Source: Myxococcota bacterium
Lineage (GTDB): Bacteria > Myxococcota > XYA12-FULL-58-9
DNA length: 62,719 nucleotides
Direction: 5' to 3'
NCBI GenBank assembly: GCA_036736205.1
Contig: DAINMX010000003.1
Span: 15,619 to 78,337 of the forward strand
The notes beneath the pieces were generated by a model. That model was given only the letters and a program-made list of their open reading frames with translations. It was not told the origin of the DNA and ran no database searches. Within the stretch, counting starts at the first letter, position 1. Each line of letters starts with the position of its first letter. Below are positions 36,524-44,422 of the stretch, piece by piece. A program made the position numbers and the translations under genes.

Positions 36524-36955
36524 TCATCCTTCCATTGGGTTGTTCCAATCGAGTTGGTCAAATCGGGAGAAATCTCGGTCGGAGCTACAAAGGGTTGCTC
36601 CATGCTCGATGGCGAGGGCCGCCAGATGTGCGTCGGTGACGAGATTGCCTGATGCCTGTGATGTGTTGATCAGTTGCGACAGAATGGCCCAATGTCGAGT
36701 GCTGGGCTCGAGGGTGTCGACCATTGGACGCTCCAACCAACTTTCGACCTGAGCCACCGCCTCATCAATCTGCAACGGTTGCTCATAGACTCGGGGGTGA
36801 GTACCAATCCTGATGAAAGCGATGATCGTACTCCATGCCAGCCGCACCGGATCGGGTTTGGACAGTTGGTCTTGCCACCAATTCCGCGCTCGCTCATGAA
36901 ATGGCGATGAGCCGTCATAGGCGTACAACAGAAGATTCGCATCAACAAGAATCAT
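36524..36955 (-). CDS. vapC: Type II toxin, PIN-domain ribonuclease VapC
   Basis: MILVDANLLLYAY carries the first acidic PIN residue. The remaining acidic residues lie in LVTDAHLAALA and CSSDRDF. The protein is 143 aa and the gene overlaps the antitoxin gene by 4 nt. Confidence 0.9.
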   Translation of the reverse strand: MILVDANLLLYAYDGSSPFHERARNWWQDQLSKPDPVRLAWSTIIAFIRIGTHPRVYEQPLQIDEAVAQVESWLERPMVDTLEPSTRHWAILSQLINTSQASGNLVTDAHLAALAIEHGATLCSSDRDFSRFDQLDWNNPMEG

Positions 36956-37197
36956 CGGTGGGTGGGACCTTCGAGCTGTTCGAGAAGCTCGCCGATATTG
37001 TCAACGGCCACTCCTTGTTTCTGACGCAACGGTCTTGCCTGCACTCGGAAAAGCCCCGTTGGAGTTGAGGCCCTTTTCGCATTGAGGCCACTGCGCAGGG
37101 TCTGATTGACCACGGTTTTAAAAGCAAGTCCCGTCACACGACATTGCTCCTTGAGCTTCGCTGCGATATCGGGGTCAAGGGTGAGAGTCGTTCTCAT
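36952..37197 (-). CDS. vapB: Type II antitoxin (VapB-type) partner of VapC
   Basis: 81 aa counted from ATG 37197. The N-terminus MRTTLTLDPDIAAKLKE is typical of this antitoxin class. Its stop overlaps the vapC start (ATGA). Confidence 0.8.
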   Translation of the reverse strand: MRTTLTLDPDIAAKLKEQCRVTGLAFKTVVNQTLRSGLNAKRASTPTGLFRVQARPLRQKQGVAVDNIGELLEQLEGPTHR

Positions 37198-37358
37198 AGG
37201 ACATGCTTGCACTGAGACATCAAGATGTCAATACGCAATCATCATGATGCTCAATCAGATGTCTCTGCTTGGGCTACCATAACCGCGGTTCACCGCTCGA
37301 GAGACGCACTCGCATTGGAGGAGTCGACGAGTCCGATTCGCACAACAACGCAAAAACC

Positions 37359-39503
37359 TCAGCGCACCGTAAAATGGGCCTCAGCAGCACCGTGGTTGTC
37401 AGCCTCGTCGACCACATGAAGGGTGAGAATGTGCTCGCCGGTCTCTAGGAGGCCGAGCCGCAACGTGAAGCTCTCACCAGGGCCATCGAGCACGCCATCG
37501 TCAGGAACAAGGGGGCGCAAGGTTCGGCCATCGAGAGAATACTCCGCTGTAATGAGCGGCCCCACCAGGTCGGCAACCACCGTACGCGCAGTCACACGTT
37601 TACCTACGACCGTAACATTCAACGCGTCGATTGACGGAGCGGTGTTGTCGACCAGCACCGCCGGGCTGTTGCGCGTGTCGTCGAGTTCTCTTCCGTCGGC
37701 GTTGGATGGCGCATCCGTTGCGCGGACACGGAACTGATAGTGACCGTCGGGTAGGCGAGACGAGTTGATGGTGTAGAATGGATCGTCAAGCTCGGCCTTC
37801 ATCGATGTCCACTCAGACCGCCCCAAGGGTCGGAACGATAGGTCGTAGCGCAGCTCATCGCCGTTCGGGTCCTCCGCCAACCACCGCACCGTCAAGGCAC
37901 CGGTCTCCTCCGTTTGTCGCGCGCGCGCGTTCTTGCCGTTCTTCTTATCGTCGTCATCGTCCTCGGCATCTTTGCTCGACTTATCGCCCAGGGAAATCGT
38001 CTTGGACTTCGGTGCCTCGTAGGGGACGGCAAACAGAGCGAGCCCCTTGCTTAGAGCTACCACTTCCCGCACAAACGGCGGAAGGTTCTGCCGCTGGTAG
38101 GCGAGACGCACGCGATGCACAATGGGAGTCTGATCTCCTGCGCTCTCTAGGCTCACGCGCAGCTGAAAATATCGGCCATTGGTTGCCCGCAGAGGCCCAT
38201 TCTCCGTTGCCTTGACCTCCTGCGACCAATCGGACCAGCTTTCGTCGGGCTCGGGGGTCTGCCCAGTCCGCAGAGCGGTTGTTACCGCCGTGCCCTTGGG
38301 CCAAGATCCGAACACACGCACATTGCCAAACTGCGCGTTGATTCCAGCATCAAATGGCAAAGTAAAGAACTCCCCTTTGGGCGCGTAGCCACCCGAAAGA
38401 TGAGAAATCCTCCCACCCCCAGCCGCAACCGCAGCCATGGCACCACGTGGCAATGGCACGAGATGGGTAATACGGCGGGAGGGGGACTGATAGAGCATGG
38501 ATATGCGCCGCTCCTTGGGTTCGACGGCGTACAATCTGCCGCGGGGGTCATCACGGCCTGTGGCACCCGTTGCCACCACCACTTGGTCCTTGTCGTCGAC
38601 CACCATTGCAAAGATCCCTTCGTCGCTAGAGCCGGCGATGATTTCAGCGCTGCCGTCCATGCCTACCGCGATCATCTGCGAGCTGACCTCTGGCCCCTTG
38701 CCCTTGCCTTTCTCCTCCGGTTCGGTCGCCAGCGCATCGGCCCCAGTGACCGCCGCAATGTAGACAGAGGTTTTACTCACGACGATCGCGGTGATCTCAG
38801 TATGAGTGCTGCCATAGAGTGCCCGGAAAGCCTTACCGTCCGCAGAGCGATACAGAGTGCCGCGCTCACCGCCGCCCACAAAAATCCCCAACGTTTTGTC
38901 GTAGACGATGCTGCGCAAATGCTTCTGCTCCGGCTCAAAGATGACGGTGCCGTTGCCCTTCGCATCGATGCGCACGACGGTACCCGGCTCCCCAGTCGCA
39001 GCAAAAAGGGTGTCCCCCGGCCCATCGGCCAACGCCCAGATATGCCCAGCATCAGCGGTATGGAATGTGGTGACCTTGCCCTTGGAATCGACGCAATAGA
39101 TCTTCGCCGGTGCACCCGTGGCGACGAACAACCCGCGGTCTGTATCAAGCAAGGCGGTGACCAATGTCTCCTCAGCGCGAAACAGCGTCCGCGTCTTGCC
39201 TGCCCGATCGATCGCAAAGACTTCGCCATCGTCGACACGAGCCACCACGATATCGTTGCCACGGGCGGTCGCTGCACTGAAGGCGGCGGCGGCGTCGCTA
39301 TACCGCTCGCGCACCGTGGGCGGCAAGACGATAGTACCGTCCTCGGTGATCGCCGTGCTCTCAGGGTTGCCATCGAGAAACTGGCCAAAACCCTCGAGAT
39401 TGTAAAAGCGGGCACCCTCCGCGTGCGCTCGCGGTGCCAAAAGGCCCGATCCCAAGGCCCCACATACCAACCATGTCCGTAGGTTCATCTTTGCTTCCTT
39501 CAT
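37359..39503 (-). CDS. Secreted beta-propeller protein with a C-terminal Y_Y_Y/Ig-like domain
   Basis: The signal peptide reads NLRTWLVCGALGSGLLAPRAHAEG. Blade-like units recur (..LFVATG..KIYCVD, ..LFAATGEPGTVVRID, ..IFVGGGERGTLYRS). The C-terminus LRYDLSFRPLG..W....LPDGHYQFRVRATD resembles the Y_Y_Y domain. The start overlaps the upstream stop (ATGA). Confidence 0.65.
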   Translation of the reverse strand: MKEAKMNLRTWLVCGALGSGLLAPRAHAEGARFYNLEGFGQFLDGNPESTAITEDGTIVLPPTVRERYSDAAAAFSAATARGNDIVVARVDDGEVFAIDRAGKTRTLFRAEETLVTALLDTDRGLFVATGAPAKIYCVDSKGKVTTFHTADAGHIWALADGPGDTLFAATGEPGTVVRIDAKGNGTVIFEPEQKHLRSIVYDKTLGIFVGGGERGTLYRSADGKAFRALYGSTHTEITAIVVSKTSVYIAAVTGADALATEPEEKGKGKGPEVSSQMIAVGMDGSAEIIAGSSDEGIFAMVVDDKDQVVVATGATGRDDPRGRLYAVEPKERRISMLYQSPSRRITHLVPLPRGAMAAVAAGGGRISHLSGGYAPKGEFFTLPFDAGINAQFGNVRVFGSWPKGTAVTTALRTGQTPEPDESWSDWSQEVKATENGPLRATNGRYFQLRVSLESAGDQTPIVHRVRLAYQRQNLPPFVREVVALSKGLALFAVPYEAPKSKTISLGDKSSKDAEDDDDDKKNGKNARARQTEETGALTVRWLAEDPNGDELRYDLSFRPLGRSEWTSMKAELDDPFYTINSSRLPDGHYQFRVRATDAPSNADGRELDDTRNSPAVLVDNTAPSIDALNVTVVGKRVTARTVVADLVGPLITAEYSLDGRTLRPLVPDDGVLDGPGESFTLRLGLLETGEHILTLHVVDEADNHGAAEAHFTVR

Positions 39504-41224
39504 CTCGACGAAACCGACACCGTAATCTTCGCTTGTCCGGATACAACACCTGGCCGCTCACGCGACTCCTCCCACGTAAGTCCACGACTTGTGCGTTCCT
39601 TTGTGGGATCGCTCGAGTGAATGGCCACGGCTGAGGGCGGCAAAAACGGCAGCGCTACGACGCCCGAGCGCATGCCACTGCCCGATCGCACCGCCATCAG
39701 ATACAAGCGCCCATCCACTCGACGACCGTTGAGCCAGTCACCAATTTGACCGAGCTCTGTCGGCAGCGGCTCCCCCGCAACTGTTTCAGCGAGGCTCTCA
39801 GCGCCCCCCACACCCGTCGCATAGAGTTCAACGCTCTGATCGGCCCACGATCCTGGGACCTCGAGAAGGAAACGCTCCACGTGATTGTCTCCATGGTGTC
39901 GGCGCAAACGAACCGCCACCTCCAAGAATTCCCCAGGTTTGGGATTGGTACGGTCAACGTAGATCGCCTCGACCCACTCGTGAATGGGATCTTGGCGAAA
40001 GGATATCTCGAGATCCACCGCCATCCTGGGTGGAGGACCAAATGGAGTATCCCACAACACAGAAAACGCCTGGGCGACATCGATTGCAGCATAGACGAAT
40101 AAGTTGGGATCCCGCTCGGCCGCGTAGACCTCGCGAATCAACACCGGCTCGATGCCGTCAACTGTGATCTTGGCGTTGAGGTGGACGATACCGCGCACGC
40201 CCGTGTCGACACGGCCAGCGATGGCGCTCGCCATGCCAATCGCCAGAAAACGTGGTGTCAATTCTTGATCGCGAGCGATCTCCAGTTTGAAGGTTTCCTT
40301 GCCCTTCGCGGTCACCACGGTTCCCCGCACTGGCACCGTTGCGGGGACGCGTCCCAGCACGCCACCAATTGCCACAAGCCTGTCCTGAGTCACCTCGCCA
40401 ACGATGGGGCCGATGTTGGCCATCTTGAAAGAGCGCATCGACGAGACCATCGTGTTGAGAATTGTCGCGCTGGCCATGGGTATCGATATCGCACCGGCAC
40501 CAAAAAACGGGTGGCCGAAGGCGAGGACCTCATTGCCCTCGACAACGGTGACCGTACCGGTGGCCGCAATGTCAATGTCGCCCGATACCAATACCGCAGA
40601 GACAGCTCCACCTGGCACCAATACGGTGGCTTCGCCACCACCGGCGGTACCGCCGGCGACAGGCTCAAAACCGAGGGTCTGGAGGTAAGGCGAGAAATAG
40701 TCGCGCACCGATGGCGGCACCCCACCGAGCGAAAGAGGCGCGGCAATGGGACGCGCACCCTCTGCCTGTTTGTGTGGCGGTGCGACACCGGCGCGCATCG
40801 CCTTCCAGTCTGCGTCCGCATCAGCATCGACACTCAGTCGCCACGGACGTTTCTCCATCGGAAGCTCACGCACCTCTTGCATCGTGCCAATCGGTGTGAT
40901 CCCAGCGATAGGCTCCTTGGCAAACATGGCAAACGCATAGGCCAGCGCTCCCACCAGCTTGCCGTCGATGGAACATGGACTGCCACTCATACCCGCGACC
41001 ACGCCAGTGAATTCGGCCTTCTCGCCCTCTAACCGCACCAGCACCACGTCACGGCCAGGTCCATGAAAATTCTTCATCAGACCTTTGACCACGAAGGGAA
41101 ACGGCTCAACCGTATCACCCTCGAACACTGTGAGGCACTCGCCCCTCTGCCCCCGCTCGATCTGCTCGAGTGGAAACGGCGGCGGCATCGACAACAACAA
41201 CACTGACATAAGAAGAAAGCTCAT
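39500..41224 (-). CDS. SpoIVB-type (S55) serine peptidase domain protein
   Basis: After an N-terminal signal-like segment, the stretch FPFVVKGLMKNFHGPGRDVVLVRLEGE...TGVVAGMSGSPCSIDGKLVGALAYAF closely resembles the SpoIVB catalytic-Ser region (GMSGSP). A C-terminal extension of about 450 aa is of unknown type. Confidence 0.7.
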   Translation of the reverse strand: MSFLLMSVLLLSMPPPFPLEQIERGQRGECLTVFEGDTVEPFPFVVKGLMKNFHGPGRDVVLVRLEGEKAEFTGVVAGMSGSPCSIDGKLVGALAYAFAMFAKEPIAGITPIGTMQEVRELPMEKRPWRLSVDADADADWKAMRAGVAPPHKQAEGARPIAAPLSLGGVPPSVRDYFSPYLQTLGFEPVAGGTAGGGEATVLVPGGAVSAVLVSGDIDIAATGTVTVVEGNEVLAFGHPFFGAGAISIPMASATILNTMVSSMRSFKMANIGPIVGEVTQDRLVAIGGVLGRVPATVPVRGTVVTAKGKETFKLEIARDQELTPRFLAIGMASAIAGRVDTGVRGIVHLNAKITVDGIEPVLIREVYAAERDPNLFVYAAIDVAQAFSVLWDTPFGPPPRMAVDLEISFRQDPIHEWVEAIYVDRTNPKPGEFLEVAVRLRRHHGDNHVERFLLEVPGSWADQSVELYATGVGGAESLAETVAGEPLPTELGQIGDWLNGRRVDGRLYLMAVRSGSGMRSGVVALPFLPPSAVAIHSSDPTKERTSRGLTWEESRERPGVVSGQAKITVSVSSR

Positions 41225-41360
41225 TGTCGCAACTCTACTCGAACAGTCTGCATCTCACCAGAATTCCCCACTTTTGCGGATCAGACGCGGCAAGGGGCAA
41301 ATTTGGGATTTTTCCAGGTGATGCTGGCCAACGACCGTCATTCCTTGTTATGCACCTCGC

Positions 41361-42203
41361 ATGCTCGTTGTAACACTTCTCGTGAGTCTAACCGCCTCCC
41401 CAACCCTCGTCACCACCAGAGTGAAGGGCTCCATCGAAGCGAGCCTGATGCGTGAGGTCGGCGGTAACGGTGCCGCGTTGGCGGCACAAGTGGCACGGCT
41501 GTTGCGCTGGCGCGGTGACGTCATCCGCAACGTGCAGCCCAACGACAGTATCCGCCTCCTTTATGAAGAGATCGACCGCGGCCAGGGCGTGATCCCCGAG
41601 CTCGTGGCCATCGCGTATCGCGGCTCCGAAATTCAGCTCTTCGGCTATCGCTTCGCCGACGTCGATGGCATCCCACGGTACTTCGATCACAGCGGCGCCC
41701 TGGTGGAGCCATGGCTGCGTAATTCACCGACCCCGTATGTTCAGATCACCGAGGTCGTGCAGCGCGGCCGTGGCAAACGCCGACACAAGGGCATCGATCT
41801 CAAGGCGGACGAAGGAACCGTGGTGTATGTCCCCTTCGCCGGGCGCATCTCGCGCGTCAACTGGTCGACGCGCATCAATGGCAACTGCGTCGAGGTCATC
41901 TACGACAGCGGTACCTATGCCCGTTTCCTGCACCTGAGCGACGTCGCCGCCACCGCAATTCCCGGGCAGAGGGTCTTGGCAAACACGCAAATTGGCACCG
42001 TTGGCTCGACGGGCCGCTCCAGTGCAGCACACTTGCACTATGATTTGCGCGATCACGCGGACACAATTCTCGATCCATTCGCGGTGCACGGCACCGAGGT
42101 CAAGCGGGTGTCAGATGGCCGCCGCACTCAATTTGACAAACAACGAACAGAGTTCAACCGAATGCTGCAAATCTCCGCGGAATCGGTATCTGCCATGAAT
42201 TGA
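41361..42203 (+). CDS. M23 family metallopeptidase (LytM-type)
   Basis: The zinc-ligand motifs are HKGIDL and SAAHLHYDL, with GTVGSTGRS between them. Confidence 0.85.
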   Translation: MLVVTLLVSLTASPTLVTTRVKGSIEASLMREVGGNGAALAAQVARLLRWRGDVIRNVQPNDSIRLLYEEIDRGQGVIPELVAIAYRGSEIQLFGYRFADVDGIPRYFDHSGALVEPWLRNSPTPYVQITEVVQRGRGKRRHKGIDLKADEGTVVYVPFAGRISRVNWSTRINGNCVEVIYDSGTYARFLHLSDVAATAIPGQRVLANTQIGTVGSTGRSSAAHLHYDLRDHADTILDPFAVHGTEVKRVSDGRRTQFDKQRTEFNRMLQISAESVSAMN

Positions 42204-42270
42204 CAAGGCACCAACAACCGCTGCCAAGAGTCCGCGACAACAACCTGCCCCGACCTCTGCCTGCCTGCCC

Positions 42271-43047
42271 TCACAGAACTATGTCCAGAAGGCGTTGCGC
42301 CGCCAATCGCAATGTCGGCGGCAGACTCTCGTCATCGCGCACTCCCACCAGGTCGCGACGTTTTAAGTAGGGCAATAGGTTAATGGCATACTTCTGCGCC
42401 AGATACGGATTCTTCACCAATGCCAACTTGACCGTGTAACGCCGCAACCACTGCGCCGAATGAATCACCGCCTCGAGCGGTGCAGAATGGGTCGGACGGC
42501 GGGAACAGATGCCAAGGACAATCCGCTCGGTGATCCGCGGATTGTTGAGCAAGTTGCTGATGGTTCCGGGATCGGGATCCGTCGCCAGCCGGTTGATGGC
42601 ATCTCCTTTGGCCGTACGCGCCTTTGCGCGGCGGTAACCGAGGGGCAACTCACGCAGCCGATGATCAAGTAGGCGATCGGCTTCTGGGCCTGGTTGGCCT
42701 CCCTCTGCTGCTTCCGCGAGTAGACATTGAATCGCGGCGACGCAGCCCTCGGCGCGACCCGCCTCGAGCATGAGGTTGAGGTGGGAGCCCTCGAGATCCC
42801 GTGACAGGCACTGGGGCTCGACAAACGAGCGATAAACCAGCACACAGGCCGCATCCTTGGCGAGCACGCCACGAATAAGAACGTCTAGAGCCCACACCGC
42901 CTGCAGAGGCCCCATGACATCGAGCTCGCGACACAACGCCGCGCCACGCATCGGTGACTCTGAGAGTTTCGCCAAGCGTTGGATCAAACCTCGAGCGGTT
43001 TCTTGGTATTGCGCCTGCAACGGGCAGCTTGGGAGATTCGTTGCCAC
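42271..43047 (-). CDS. Hypothetical helical-repeat protein
   Basis: 258-aa clean ORF. The C-terminal half has repeated NPxx(T/Y)xxxxL-like helices (LLNNPRITERIVLGI, LVKNPYLAQKYAINLL). No family was recognised. Confidence 0.5.
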   Translation of the reverse strand: MATNLPSCPLQAQYQETARGLIQRLAKLSESPMRGAALCRELDVMGPLQAVWALDVLIRGVLAKDAACVLVYRSFVEPQCLSRDLEGSHLNLMLEAGRAEGCVAAIQCLLAEAAEGGQPGPEADRLLDHRLRELPLGYRRAKARTAKGDAINRLATDPDPGTISNLLNNPRITERIVLGICSRRPTHSAPLEAVIHSAQWLRRYTVKLALVKNPYLAQKYAINLLPYLKRRDLVGVRDDESLPPTLRLAAQRLLDIVL

Positions 43048-43116
43048 GGTACCAGCCTACAAGGACGCAGGCCCGTGTTCCACCACGTCGCTGTATCGAC
43101 TCCACCGGGTGGTTGA

Positions 43117-43899
43117 TCAACCGTTGTCGGAATCGGGTGTTTGCTTGCGCAACTCGGTGAGTCTGTCGCTCGCCGCGAGCGTCGCCGCCGCCATCGGTAC
43201 CATGCGAATGATCGGTGGCAGACTCAGGAGGAACAGTCGCGCGTGCTTCTCTGCCGTTTCGTCCAGCGCATCTCTGTACGAGTCTCGACCAAGCGCTTGG
43301 TTGACACGCGCCGCCACCCAGCTCGCCAAGGACGTCAGCGCCGGCAGAAACAGCGACACCGTTGTTGGCAGTGTCGCAATGGCAGAAGAGATGACATTCA
43401 ACCTGGTGATCAACATCGTCGCTCGCCGATGCGGCACGACGACGGGCATATTCACAACTTGACGGCCGTCCTTCATCCACACGTCGGCGGTAGCACAAAT
43501 CTTGGCCTCGGGCATCATCGCGATGCCCCCCTTCGCCCTCTCATAGAGCCTGACGAAAGGTCGAGTCGCATTATGCAACCATGGGCGGTGTCTTCTCCCG
43601 TGGACTTCTTTGGCTTTCCCCGCCGCGGTGCGTTTGGCCGCCCTTTGTTCCTTTTTTGTTGCAGCCTTTTCCCCGGCCTTGCGAGCGACGCTCACCAGCC
43701 AATCTGCTGAGACGTCAAGCTTCTTGGTAAAGGCATCGGGTTTTCTGGTTAGGTCCCGTTGATATCGCGCAACCGCCAGTCCCAAATCGTTGATCGGCTG
43801 GCCGTCAATGGTCATCCTTTCGATTCGCTCGGCACCGCCGAGATCAGTGATCACCTTGCCGGCGGGAAGCAGCAACATGTAGGCACACTTCGCAGGCAC
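43117..43899 (-). CDS. Hypothetical protein with a central Lys/Ala-rich segment
   Basis: 260-aa ORF with a central basic stretch KAGEKAATKKEQRAAKRTAAGKAKE. A competing 277-aa ORF at 42665-43498 spans the gene boundary and looks spurious. No family was recognised. Confidence 0.45.
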   Translation of the reverse strand: MPAKCAYMLLLPAGKVITDLGGAERIERMTIDGQPINDLGLAVARYQRDLTRKPDAFTKKLDVSADWLVSVARKAGEKAATKKEQRAAKRTAAGKAKEVHGRRHRPWLHNATRPFVRLYERAKGGIAMMPEAKICATADVWMKDGRQVVNMPVVVPHRRATMLITRLNVISSAIATLPTTVSLFLPALTSLASWVAARVNQALGRDSYRDALDETAEKHARLFLLSLPPIIRMVPMAAATLAASDRLTELRKQTPDSDNG

Positions 43900-43975
43900 A
43901 GAACCTCCAAGGTGGAACTCTTGCCATGAGTATCGTCACAAGATCGCGGAGGTTGCCCAATTCCCGACTCGGTGG

Positions 43976-44371
43976 CTAAGGCGACACGTGAATGATGACC
44001 CGACGGTTGCGTGGGCCATCAAACTCGCACAGGTTGATCCCCTGCCAGGTTCCCAGCATCAATCGGCCTTTCTCGAACGGAATTTGTACTGACGGCCCAG
44101 TGAGCACCGCCTTCATGTGGGCAGCGGCGTTGTCCTCACCATGGCCATAGTTCCCCTCCCAGGGGCATAGCGCGTCCAGCGCTCGGGTGATGTCAACTTT
44201 GAGTGGCGGATCTGCGTTTTCTTGAATGGCAATGCCGCACGTGGTGTGCGGGACGTATACCGTCACAACACCTTCGTCCAGACCGCTCTCGCTCACCGCC
44301 GCCTGCACTTCTCGGGAGATGTCGACCCAATCATCGCGACCACGAGAGCTGACTTGAATTGTCTTGTTCAT
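43976..44371 (-). CDS. yjbQ: YjbQ/UPF0047 family protein (secondary thiamine-phosphate synthase)
   Basis: 131 aa with the family-typical segments VTVYVPHTTCGIAIQENADP, HMKAVLTGPS and GTWQGINLCEFDGPR. Confidence 0.85.
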   Translation of the reverse strand: MNKTIQVSSRGRDDWVDISREVQAAVSESGLDEGVVTVYVPHTTCGIAIQENADPPLKVDITRALDALCPWEGNYGHGEDNAAAHMKAVLTGPSVQIPFEKGRLMLGTWQGINLCEFDGPRNRRVIIHVSP

Positions 44372-44422
44372 CGGTTGGGCTCCTGCTGATCGGGGGCGTA
44401 CACATCCGATCGTGAGATAGGC

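Noticed and set aside
42665-43498. A 277-aa minus-strand ORF spanning the junction of the two hypothetical genes at 42271-43899.
   Set aside because: The translation is Arg/Gly/Ser-rich low complexity and bridges two better-behaved ORFs in other frames. It is most likely a frame artefact, although the frame choice here rests on composition only.
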